A program made the translations under genes and the position numbers. A stretch of 31,962 nt of DNA, from contig JAHJMH010000019.1 of the NCBI GenBank assembly GCA_018821425.1, positions 1 to 31,962 of the forward strand, in the 5' to 3' direction. The first letter of the stretch is position 1; every line of letters begins with the position of its first letter. The notes under the pieces were generated by a model. That model was not told where the DNA came from, searched no databases, and saw only the letters and a list, made by a program, of their open reading frames with translations. The stretch is from Nanobdellota archaeon (lineage in GTDB: Archaea > Nanobdellota > Nanobdellia > Pacearchaeales > GW2011-AR1). Below are positions 18,330-26,595 of the stretch, in pieces.

Positions 18330-18529
18330 ATTTAGAAATCTTATTAGTTTCTTTCACTTGTTATTTGGATTTTGCGTCGGGAAACAATATTAATAAATAA
18401 AATTCTCTGATTAATTCTTGCAGGTTAGAAGCCATTATCTATTTTATTTTTCCATCTGATATATTCTTCCCATAAGATATTGGGTCCAAAGCTCATTTGG
18501 TTTCCTTTTTATCATATTAAAGAAATAAA

Positions 18530-18692
18530 ATCTTATAAACATTTCTTTCTCTATCTGAGAATTAAACAACGTCGCCCCAGCCAATTAATCGCCAGTGACC
18601 CTCGATGTTTCTCGCTATTCCGACCTTATCTTCTTTCAGAATTACTACTGGAATGTTTAAGATTACTTCGACTTCGTCACCAGATATTTTTT
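18530..18692 (-). repeat. Direct repeat copy B (intact eif2g 3' end plus 32 bp downstream)
   Basis: See 17684-17845. Confidence 0.95.
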
Positions 18693-19767
18693 CGATTGTG
18701 CCGACGGTGATGGTAGTATTTATGCTCAGCATGAGAAGTTCTTTTGTTTTTAATGGTTCTACTATTTTTTCTTTGTTTAATCCCGAGACTTCTTTGAATA
18801 GTGTCGCTTTCATTTTTAGGCTGTGGCTTATTTCGGGGAGTGAACCAATACTGGACACGATGCATCCTCTCAGAAAATCAGCTTTTGTTATTGAAGGGTC
18901 AAGGGCGGTTTCGATTGAGATGCTTGCACCTGGCGAGACTTCGTTTACAGATTCTTTCCCTCGATAAAGAGAGAGAATTTTTGTTGTAAGAGTTTTGTAC
19001 TCCATTTCTCCGTGAGATTTTTTTATGTTTATTCCCGGTTTTATTTCAATTTCATCTCCGATTTTTAGAACTCCTTTTTTCAGAATTCCTCCGAGGATTC
19101 CTCCGTGAAGTTTTTCAATTTCAGAGCCCGGTCGGTTTATGTCAAAACTTCTTGCGACGAAAAATAGTGGTTCAGATTTTAAATCTCTTTCAGGAATTTT
19201 TATTTTCATAATTTCTTCAAATATTTTGTCGATGTTAATCTCCTGTTGTGCGGAGACGGGAATTATTGGAGCGTTTTCCATAATTGTTCCTTTCAAGAAT
19301 TCTTTTATCTCCTTGTAATTTTCCATGGCTTGTTCTTTGCTCGTGAGGTCTATCTTATTTTGAACGACTATAATGTCCTTGATGTTTTTCGCCTGAAGTG
19401 CCATTAAATGTTCTCTTGTCTGAGGTTTTATTCCTTCGTTTGCGGCTACTACGAGGATTGCAGCGTCGATGATTGCTGCGCCGGAAAGCATGGTCGCCAT
19501 GAGCATTTCGTGCCCTGGCGCGTCAATAAAACTTACATATCTAACCGGAGTTCCCCTTTTTTCATTTTCTGTTTCTTTATTTGAGAATCCCGAGGGGTGT
19601 TGGAAAATTGTTGTTTCAGCGTAGCCAAGTTTTATTGTAATTCCCCGTTTGAGTTCTTCAGAGTGTGTGTCTGTAAATTTTCCTGAGAGCCTGCTAAGAA
19701 GTGTCGTCTTTCCGTGGTCAATGTGCCCAACAACTCCGATGTTAATTTCAGGTAATCCTTTGTCCAT
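18562..19767 (-). CDS. eif2g: Translation initiation factor 2 gamma subunit
   Basis: EINIGVVGHIDHGKTT, EELKRGITIKLGYA, DAPGHE.LMATMLSG, NKID, WRLIGWG. Confidence 0.97.
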   Translation of the reverse strand: MDKGLPEINIGVVGHIDHGKTTLLSRLSGKFTDTHSEELKRGITIKLGYAETTIFQHPSGFSNKETENEKRGTPVRYVSFIDAPGHEMLMATMLSGAAIIDAAILVVAANEGIKPQTREHLMALQAKNIKDIIVVQNKIDLTSKEQAMENYKEIKEFLKGTIMENAPIIPVSAQQEINIDKIFEEIMKIKIPERDLKSEPLFFVARSFDINRPGSEIEKLHGGILGGILKKGVLKIGDEIEIKPGINIKKSHGEMEYKTLTTKILSLYRGKESVNEVSPGASISIETALDPSITKADFLRGCIVSSIGSLPEISHSLKMKATLFKEVSGLNKEKIVEPLKTKELLMLSINTTITVGTIEKISGDEVEVILNIPVVILKEDKVGIARNIEGHWRLIGWGDVV

Positions 19768-19804
19768 GAGAATAAATTGAGGAATTAGTTTTTAATAGTT
19801 TGGT

Positions 19805-19972
19805 TTACACTTTTATGTATGGAAGGGATTCAATGTTTCGAGTTATATTTCTCATTATGTAATCTTCGATTCTTTGATTCAGTTTAACCCATCCTTCCAA
19901 GATTTCTTCTTCTCTTGTTAGTGCATTTCGAATGAATCTTCCTTGTTCTGTTGTTGCATAAGTTCCATTCAT
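19805..19972 (-). CDS. Small hypothetical ORF (55 aa), in frame with the upstream lipoprotein gene
   Basis: MNGTYATTEQGRFIRNALTREEEILEGWVKLNQRIEDYIMRNITRNIESLPYIKV*, with the aaaaATG start context seen at other genes here. Confidence 0.45.
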   Translation of the reverse strand: MNGTYATTEQGRFIRNALTREEEILEGWVKLNQRIEDYIMRNITRNIESLPYIKV

Positions 19973-20026
19973 TTTTGTTTCTACAAATAACCATGAATAA
20001 ATTTTTAGATAATTTCTGGAGTGGTT

Positions 20027-20371
20027 CTAGAATTGTTCGCCTTGCACTAATCTTTCGCGACTGTAATGAGAAGTATCTGGAAGTATTTTTACTATGCTCC
20101 CATGATTAAAAGAGAAAAATGGTTCTCTGTGTTTGAATTTGTATCTTTCTCCAATTTCAAGTTTTTTTTTCAGAGAAGAATTTCCCTCGAGTTTGAATTT
20201 TGCAGGGTTCTCTCTTAAGTGAAGAGGCAAGTCATCAAATACATAAATAGTTTTTCCGGGCTCTATTGTTTCATTATATCCTTGATAAAATTCATGACTA
20301 GTTTTTTCTTCTCTTCCGCAAGCTGTCATAAATCCTAATGCTAATATTGTCAAAAGTGTTCTTGGTTTCAT
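20027..20371 (-). CDS. Putative lipoprotein
   Basis: MKPRTLLTILALGFMTAC lipobox-like signal. Confidence 0.65.
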   Translation of the reverse strand: MKPRTLLTILALGFMTACGREEKTSHEFYQGYNETIEPGKTIYVFDDLPLHLRENPAKFKLEGNSSLKKKLEIGERYKFKHREPFFSFNHGSIVKILPDTSHYSRERLVQGEQF

Positions 20372-20437
20372 AAAAAATCAACTCATAAGCGTTTTATAAA
20401 TCTTATGGTTGTTACTATTTTGTAAAAGGAACATTAT

Positions 20438-22135
20438 CTAAGCATCGGGATGTTCATGGCCTCTTTTGAATCTTTCCATAAGCATTTTGATATGCTTTTC
20501 TTTTTCTTCCTTGTAGCCTTCCCTGTCTGTTTTGATATCCTTGAGCATTCCTGCAAGATATTCTCCGCCGAGGAAGTGCGGTGTTAAAACATAATCCGCG
20601 CCCGATTTGTAAAGGTCCATCGCGTCTTCAATGGTGTGCGCTCTGACGATAACGATTGTCTTTGGGTTTTGTTCTTTTATTGTTTCAATGAGGAAATCAT
20701 TTGTTTCAAAGTCGGGGATTGTTGAAACAGCGAGCTTGAGTGTTTTTAATGGTAAATCGCGAAGGAGCGCGTCGTCGTCAACGTCGCCGTAAATACAAGG
20801 AACCCGCATCTTTTTCAAATCTGCTACGACCTCTGGATTGAAATCTACAACGAGATAATTCTTTTTTATTTTTTTTAGAGAATTAAGTATGCCGAAGCCA
20901 ATTCTATTGTACCCAAATAGAATTGCGTCTACTTTTTTGTATTTAATTTTTCTTTCCTTTACTTTTTTCTTTTCGAAAACTTGGAGGTAGTCAGAGATTA
21001 TGCGGTAGATTTTATTTCCGTAGAGTACCATGTATGTTGTGCCTGCAATAGTTATCATTCCTACTAGCGTAATCAAGGACAGAATCTCGTTTGAGATGTG
21101 GCCCACCTTAACTCCTAAGACGATGAGTATTAGTGAAAATTCGCTTATCTGCGCGACGGTTAAACCTGCGAGGAAACCAGTTTTTTTAGTGAAACCCTCG
21201 ATGCCCATCAGTATCATAACAATTAATGGATTTCCGATAAGGACAAATAAGGAAAATATAATAGCAGGTAATAGGAGTTGGGGGATATATCCTATTGTCA
21301 TTTGAGCTCCAAGGAGAAGAAAGAATGAAATTATGAAAAAATCCCGGAGAGGTTTCATCTTGGAACTTATTTCATAATTGTAAGGCGAGATGGAAAGGAG
21401 AACTCCTGCGATCAATGCGCCAACTTCGATTGAAAGTCCGGCGTAGAAGAACAGCGACGCTATTCCAAGACCCCATGCGATTGAGAACACGAAAAGGAAT
21501 TCTTGGGCGCTTGCGAAGAACTTTTGGAACCTTGGAAGAATGAAAACGCTTATGACTCCGAGAACTAAGGTGAGGAGAATTCCCTTAAGAATTGTAATGG
21601 CTATTTGACTTACGAAATTTTCTCCCGAGGAAAGGGAAGAAATAATCATCAAAATTAAAATCGCGACGAGGTCTTGAACGAGAAGGAATCCTATTGAGAT
21701 TTTTCCGTAAAGAGTGTAAAGGTCTCCCTTGTCAGAGAGAAGTTTCATAATTATAATTGTGCTACTGAAGGCTAACGCCATTCCAATGTAGAGCGAAGTC
21801 AAAATTGGGAAACCGAGCGTGACTGCGATGAGGTAACCGATTCCGCAGGTGAAAATTATTTGGCCAATTCCTGTGATGAGTGAAATTCTTCCGACTTCTT
21901 TGATGACTTTTGGAGTTAAATGAAGTCCGACGATGAAAAGTAGAAGTGCGATTCCGATTTCAGAGAAAGTATTGATAGTGTCAATTCCAGGGAGTATGCC
22001 GAGGAAGTAAGGTCCGACGATGATTCCTGAAAGAATGTATCCGATTATCATCGGCTGTTTGAGGAGCTTCATAATTAGAGAGACTCCAAGTACGATAAGA
22101 ATCATAAAACTAATCTGTGTAAAAACTTCAACCAT
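20438..22135 (-). CDS. CPA2 cation:proton antiporter (Kef-type) with a TrkA-N domain
   Basis: About 12 TM segments, LLVQDL, QISEFS, C-terminal GYNRIG...YGD Rossmann-like domain. Confidence 0.92.
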   Translation of the reverse strand: MVEVFTQISFMILIVLGVSLIMKLLKQPMIIGYILSGIIVGPYFLGILPGIDTINTFSEIGIALLLFIVGLHLTPKVIKEVGRISLITGIGQIIFTCGIGYLIAVTLGFPILTSLYIGMALAFSSTIIIMKLLSDKGDLYTLYGKISIGFLLVQDLVAILILMIISSLSSGENFVSQIAITILKGILLTLVLGVISVFILPRFQKFFASAQEFLFVFSIAWGLGIASLFFYAGLSIEVGALIAGVLLSISPYNYEISSKMKPLRDFFIISFFLLLGAQMTIGYIPQLLLPAIIFSLFVLIGNPLIVMILMGIEGFTKKTGFLAGLTVAQISEFSLILIVLGVKVGHISNEILSLITLVGMITIAGTTYMVLYGNKIYRIISDYLQVFEKKKVKERKIKYKKVDAILFGYNRIGFGILNSLKKIKKNYLVVDFNPEVVADLKKMRVPCIYGDVDDDALLRDLPLKTLKLAVSTIPDFETNDFLIETIKEQNPKTIVIVRAHTIEDAMDLYKSGADYVLTPHFLGGEYLAGMLKDIKTDREGYKEEKEKHIKMLMERFKRGHEHPDA

Positions 22136-22211
22136 TTTTCGCCTCTTTTATGAAGCTAATAAAAAGAAATACTATAAAAAGGTTTTTAAACAGCGATTAG
22201 ATTTTTATGTA

Positions 22212-22520
22212 ATGCCTAAGGTAAGAATTAAACTTAACAGTACTGACATAGAAATGATTAATAGCATCTGTGAATCCATAAAAGAGCTCGCGAAAAAGTC
22301 GGGCATAGTAATTTCGGGACCGGTTCCTTTGCCAACGAAGCGATTGAAAGTTACGACGCGAAAGGCGCCTTGCGGCGACGGAACCGCGACATTTGATAAT
22401 TTTGAAATGAGGATTCATAAAAGGTTGATTGATTTACCGGCGAACGAAAAAGTTCTTCACCATATTATGAGGATGCAGATTCCGAAGAATGTTAATATTA
22501 AGATTGAGATGAAAGATTAG
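22212..22520 (+). CDS. rpsJ: 30S ribosomal protein S10
   Basis: RIKL.S...GPVPLPTKRL.VTTRK.PCGDG..TFD.FEMRIHKRLID. Real start is the ATG at 22212. Confidence 0.96.
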   Translation: MPKVRIKLNSTDIEMINSICESIKELAKKSGIVISGPVPLPTKRLKVTTRKAPCGDGTATFDNFEMRIHKRLIDLPANEKVLHHIMRMQIPKNVNIKIEMKD

Positions 22521-22530
22521 AATTTTGTGA

Positions 22531-23817
22531 TTAGGCGTGATATGGTAATCCAAATTCTTCTACAAGTGCTTTAACATCGATAGCCCAATCTTCATCACAT
22601 TTGAACATATAAATTTCTGTTGGATCCTGGGGTCTTCTGCTTGGTGCGTCAATTATATCTATCCTTTTAGTTAAGGGTCCTTCATAATATCCCAAGGAAT
22701 CTACTAGTGAATCAATTGATGGCTGATGGGAATTGAAAATTCTTTTAAGCATTTTAAAACGATAGCCTTTGGTTTCTTCCCTGAATTTTTCTATGCTTCC
22801 TTCGTCGTAGGTTCCATCTTCTCTCCTTGTAAAAACAACTTCAGCTACAGGTTCAAATAGCGGATGATTAGATTCCATCTTTCTTTCAAAACCCAATACT
22901 TGGCTAACATCATAATAAGAAAAGTGCCCTTCATTAAGTGCCTCTTGTATTTTGAACAAAGGGGTTAGTATCTCTTCTTCAGACACGTTTTTACGAATAG
23001 CAAAAAAATGTTTTTGTCCGCGGTTATAAGGATTAATCATTCTTACAAAATCCACGACTTCATTTCCGGGATACGAACTTAAAATTCTAATAACATCTGA
23101 GGGGGATTCTCCAAGTTTATCTTGTATCTCTGAAAATTTCAAAGAGTCATAATCGTTGTAAAGTTCCTTGAATCTTTCTAAATGGTCTTTAAACAGAGTC
23201 TCCCTTTCCCCCGTGAGATCCTTTCTTTTCCCTATAAAATCATAAACAATTCTTTCTATTCTTTCGTCCCCAATAACCGCATGTAAAAATCTTTTCGCAT
23301 TTGCTCCATCAATATTGTTTGAAGAAGGTAAATAAAACCTTGAATCTCCCTTATCACTAGATGAAATGGGAGATTGGTTATTTCCCCCCATCATAGCTTC
23401 TTTCATAGAAACGGGGTCAATATTTAGAGTTCCAGTAGGCTCTGGAAATTTTTTTCGGGGGTTCGCTTTTTTCTCGGGAGGAATTTCTCTTTCGGGTATT
23501 GACATGGGAACACTTACTTCATGATGTTCAACTTTGGATTCAAGAGTAGTGTTTCCCAGAGAAATCTCCACAGAGCTTTCACCTAATGCCTCATTAAGAT
23601 ACTCTAACTCTTCCACTAAATATGCTTCGCGCTCTTTTAAAAAAGACATGGTTGTTGATTCTATGTATTGGATTGTTTCTTTGTCCAAATCGGGAGGGAG
23701 AGTAAGAGCTTGATGAAGTTCTACCGTTCTCCGTGCGGGAATAAGCCTCGTTTCATCAAAAGAAATAACAAGGTCACTTAATTTCATCATCGCCGAATGA
23801 AGATATCGCTCGCCCAT
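22531..23817 (-). CDS. Hypothetical protein (428 aa)
   Basis: Long open frame, ATG at 23817; no family motif recognised. Confidence 0.7.
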   Translation of the reverse strand: MGERYLHSAMMKLSDLVISFDETRLIPARRTVELHQALTLPPDLDKETIQYIESTTMSFLKEREAYLVEELEYLNEALGESSVEISLGNTTLESKVEHHEVSVPMSIPEREIPPEKKANPRKKFPEPTGTLNIDPVSMKEAMMGGNNQSPISSSDKGDSRFYLPSSNNIDGANAKRFLHAVIGDERIERIVYDFIGKRKDLTGERETLFKDHLERFKELYNDYDSLKFSEIQDKLGESPSDVIRILSSYPGNEVVDFVRMINPYNRGQKHFFAIRKNVSEEEILTPLFKIQEALNEGHFSYYDVSQVLGFERKMESNHPLFEPVAEVVFTRREDGTYDEGSIEKFREETKGYRFKMLKRIFNSHQPSIDSLVDSLGYYEGPLTKRIDIIDAPSRRPQDPTEIYMFKCDEDWAIDVKALVEEFGLPYHA

Positions 23818-23924
23818 GTTGTTAGTACGCAAAATAAGATTTTTATATGTTTAGCAATTTTCAAGATATATTTCCCAAGACAGATTTATTTTTAAAGAGT
23901 AATTTGTTTTTCTCGATAAGAAAA

Positions 23925-25001
23925 ATGAGGCAGTTTCATAATCTTTTGAAAAGAGTGTTGGTTGAGGGAGATGTTGTTGAAGATCCAAGAACGAAAGTTC
24001 ATACTATTTGAATTTCTGGACATCAATATTCTGTGGATTTAAGAAAACAATTCCCGTTACATACAACAAGAAAAATCTCTCCAAAATTGGCTGCGGAAGA
24101 ACTTCTTTGGAAATTAAGGGGAGAACGAAGTGTTAAATCCTTAGTCGAAAGGAGTGTTAATTACTGGACTCAAAATGCATTCCAGAAGCATTTGCAAGAT
24201 ACAGGTCGAGATAAATCAATTCCAAAACACACTCCTGAATGGGCAAAAGAATTTGTTGCTTATCAGAAAAGATTGTCGGGGGGAGAAGAATCTGGAGATT
24301 TGGGTCCTGTTTATGGGTATAATTGGAGACATGGTAAAGATGAAGATGGAAAAGAAGTGGATCAACTTGCAAATCTTTTAAGAAATTTGAAAGATCCTGA
24401 AAAGAGATTTGGAAGATATAATATCCTTGATGCGTGGGATGCTCCAAACATTTCCAAAATGGCTATTGGTCCCTGCCCCTTTTGGCAACAGTTCATTGTT
24501 AAAGGAGAATTTATGGATTTGCATGAAGTTCAAAGATCTTGTGATTCTTATTTAGGAGTTCCTTATAATGATGCTCAGGATGCCATCCTTGCTCATTTGG
24601 TTGCTAATGAAACTGGCTTAATTCCTAGAAATTTTACTCACACATTTATTGATACACATATTTATACTGGGGTTCCTCCGAGAAGTTATTTTTGGGACGA
24701 TGAAAGTAAAGTTCAAGAGTTTAAAGTTCGAGTTAATGGTGCAATGTCAGGCAAGGATTTTTTAGTTTTGAGGGACTGGTATTTAAGAAATGCTCCTGGA
24801 GAACAAGAATTGGACAAAGGGAAAGATCACACTCCCGATGTTTTAACACAATTATCTTATGAGCCAAAAAGATCCGCGCGATTAGAACTAAAAGATGTTC
24901 CTCTGATGGAAGCAATTCAACTTCCTTCTTATAGAGATGTTCTTTCTGTGAAAGATTATAAACCTCACAAATGGGAAAGCAGTTCTGTGATGGCGGCGTA
25001 A
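23925..25001 (+). pseudogene. thyA: Thymidylate synthase ThyA interrupted by an in-frame TGA at codon 29 (24009-24011)
   Basis: MRQFHNLLKRVLVEGDVVEDPRTKVHTI*ISGHQYSVDLRKQFPLHTTRK. Catalytic motifs intact downstream (GPVYGYNWR, GPC, QRSCD..LGVPYN, HIY). Confidence 0.8.
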
Positions 25002-25069
25002 GATGAGACATAGTTTCTCTTAGTTAACTTTATATATTTCTCTTCGCCGTTATAGTTCTATTAACAATT

Positions 25070-25123
25070 TGCCCCAATCGCAAAGTTCGCTTTGCTCTCG
25101 ACTTTGTCGGATACTCTGGGGCA
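25070..25123 (+). other. Structured element directly 5' of tRNA-Ser
   Basis: TGCCCCA/TGGGGCA closing stem around GCAAAG-TTCG-CTTTGC and CGAC-TTT-GTCG hairpins. 25071-25082 duplicates the first 12 nt of the tRNA. Confidence 0.6.
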
Positions 25124-25128
25124 CAAAG

Positions 25129-25268
25129 GCCCCAATCGCATAAGGGTATTGCACGAGATTGGAATGGGTTTCTTTTTTTGTAAAAAAGAAACTACACTGG
25201 TAGAAAAAAGTAAGATAGCAAAGATCTCGGTCCGCAAGGGCATCCAGGTTCGAGTCCTGGTTGGGGCG
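25129..25268 (+). tRNA. tRNA-Ser (GGA if a single 59-nt intron at 25165-25223; GCT alternative possible)
   Basis: GCCCCAA/TTGGGGC acceptor stem, G73, CGAGA/TCTCG anticodon stem, long variable arm GTCC-GCAA-GGGC, TTCGAGT T-loop; no encoded CCA. Confidence 0.85.
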
Positions 25269-25329
25269 TTATACATTCTTGTGACCTTGGAGGGCGTCAG
25301 CTTGTTCTGAATTCTGTCCAATACACTTA

Positions 25330-25371
25330 TACGTCTACATCACCAAAAGATATTTAAACGGTGTAGACGTA
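25330..25371. promoter_or_regulatory. Inverted repeat bracketing the fic TATA box (putative operator)
   Basis: TACGTCTACA (25330-39) / TGTAGACGTA (25362-71) flank ATATTTAAAC. Confidence 0.6.
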
Positions 25372-25380
25372 CAGATTGAT

Positions 25381-26274
25381 ATGGTTTATACTGAGGTAAA
25401 AGAAAAAAATGGTAAAAAGTACTATTACAGAGTCTTATCCGTTAGAAAGAATGGAAAGGTAACTAAAAGGAGAGTCTATCTAGGTGTTAACTTAAAAAAA
25501 GATCTTGCTGAAAAAGAGAAAAAAGCGGACAAAGAGTTGATGCTACTTTCTACTCTTTTAACAAACGATGAGATCAAAGAATTGAATAAGATTAAGAAAA
25601 CAAAAGATAGAAAAAAAGAAGATAATCAATCAAAATACGAAGCATTTGTTTCATTATTCACATATGATTCCACAAATATCGAAGGGAATACCTTCTCTCT
25701 TCAGGAAACTGCTCAACTACTCTTTGAAGGGGTAACTCCAAGAAAATCATTGAGGGAAATAAATGAGATAACCAATCACAAAGAGGCATTTGATTTTTTG
25801 TTAAGGTATAAAGGAGACTTAAATAAAAACTTTATATTAAAACTTCACAAACTAGTGACCAAGAACACTTTAAAGCCAGAATTAAAAAATCAGGTGGGAA
25901 GGTACAGGACCTTGCAAGTTTACATACGGGGAACTAATTGGTTACCTCCAAAACCATCTGAAGTTCCAAAAGAAATGTCTTATTTGCTCTCATGGTATAG
26001 CAAGAACAAAACTAAATTGCATCCCCTAATTCTCGCTACCTATTTCCACTCTGCATTTGAAACAATCCATCCTTTTATCGACGGCAACGGAAGGGTTGGC
26101 AGGTTACTAATCAATTTCATCTTGCACAAGAACAAATATCCCATGATTAACATACTCAACAAAGAAAAACATATTTACTATGAATCTCTTGAAGAATCTC
26201 ACCTGAATGGAAATCTAATACCATTAGTTAAATTTTTGCTTGACTTACTCCGAAAAGAAAAGATCCAATTTTGA
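25381..26274 (+). CDS. Class II (self-inhibited) Fic protein with a basic N-terminal domain
   Basis: HPFIDGNGRVGR catalytic loop and the STNIEGN inhibitory (S/T)xxxE(G/N) motif. Confidence 0.92.
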   Translation: MVYTEVKEKNGKKYYYRVLSVRKNGKVTKRRVYLGVNLKKDLAEKEKKADKELMLLSTLLTNDEIKELNKIKKTKDRKKEDNQSKYEAFVSLFTYDSTNIEGNTFSLQETAQLLFEGVTPRKSLREINEITNHKEAFDFLLRYKGDLNKNFILKLHKLVTKNTLKPELKNQVGRYRTLQVYIRGTNWLPPKPSEVPKEMSYLLSWYSKNKTKLHPLILATYFHSAFETIHPFIDGNGRVGRLLINFILHKNKYPMINILNKEKHIYYESLEESHLNGNLIPLVKFLLDLLRKEKIQF

Positions 26275-26451
26275 AAAGGGAACCACAAAAAAACAAAAGA
26301 GGGGGTAGTCGATTATTGGGAAACTTCCTCACGAGGAGACACCTTTTACTCTGTAAGCATCTAAGAATTTTAAACTGTAGAAATTTTATCCTGGCTTGGA
26401 AAGAGGCGTTTCAAAACTTTTAAAAGCCGCCCCGTTTTATCTAAATAATTA

Positions 26452-26583
26452 GGTCCGTTAGTCTAATGGTAGAACACCTCGTTTACACGCAGAAGAACAA
26501 AGGTTCTTCCGCACCATCTCCTTTGGGAGAAACGGAAACTGCTAAAAACCGAGGAAGCGGAGGTCCGATTCCTCCACGGACCA
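26452..26583 (+). tRNA. tRNA-Val(TAC) with a 61-nt intron at 37/38 (26488-26548)
   Basis: GGTCCGT/ACGGACC acceptor, CCTCG/CGAGG anticodon stem, complete BHB (TTTA/TAAA central helix, GCAG/CTGC outer helix). Confidence 0.92.
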
Positions 26584-26595
26584 TAAAAAGAGAAG

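Noticed and set aside
26388-26410. Possible decayed copy of the tRNA-Ser 3' end after fic (tcctggcttggaaagaggcgtt versus tcctggttggggcgtt)
   Set aside because: The position fits an att-like scar, but the alignment needs two gaps over about 16 nt; too weak to claim.
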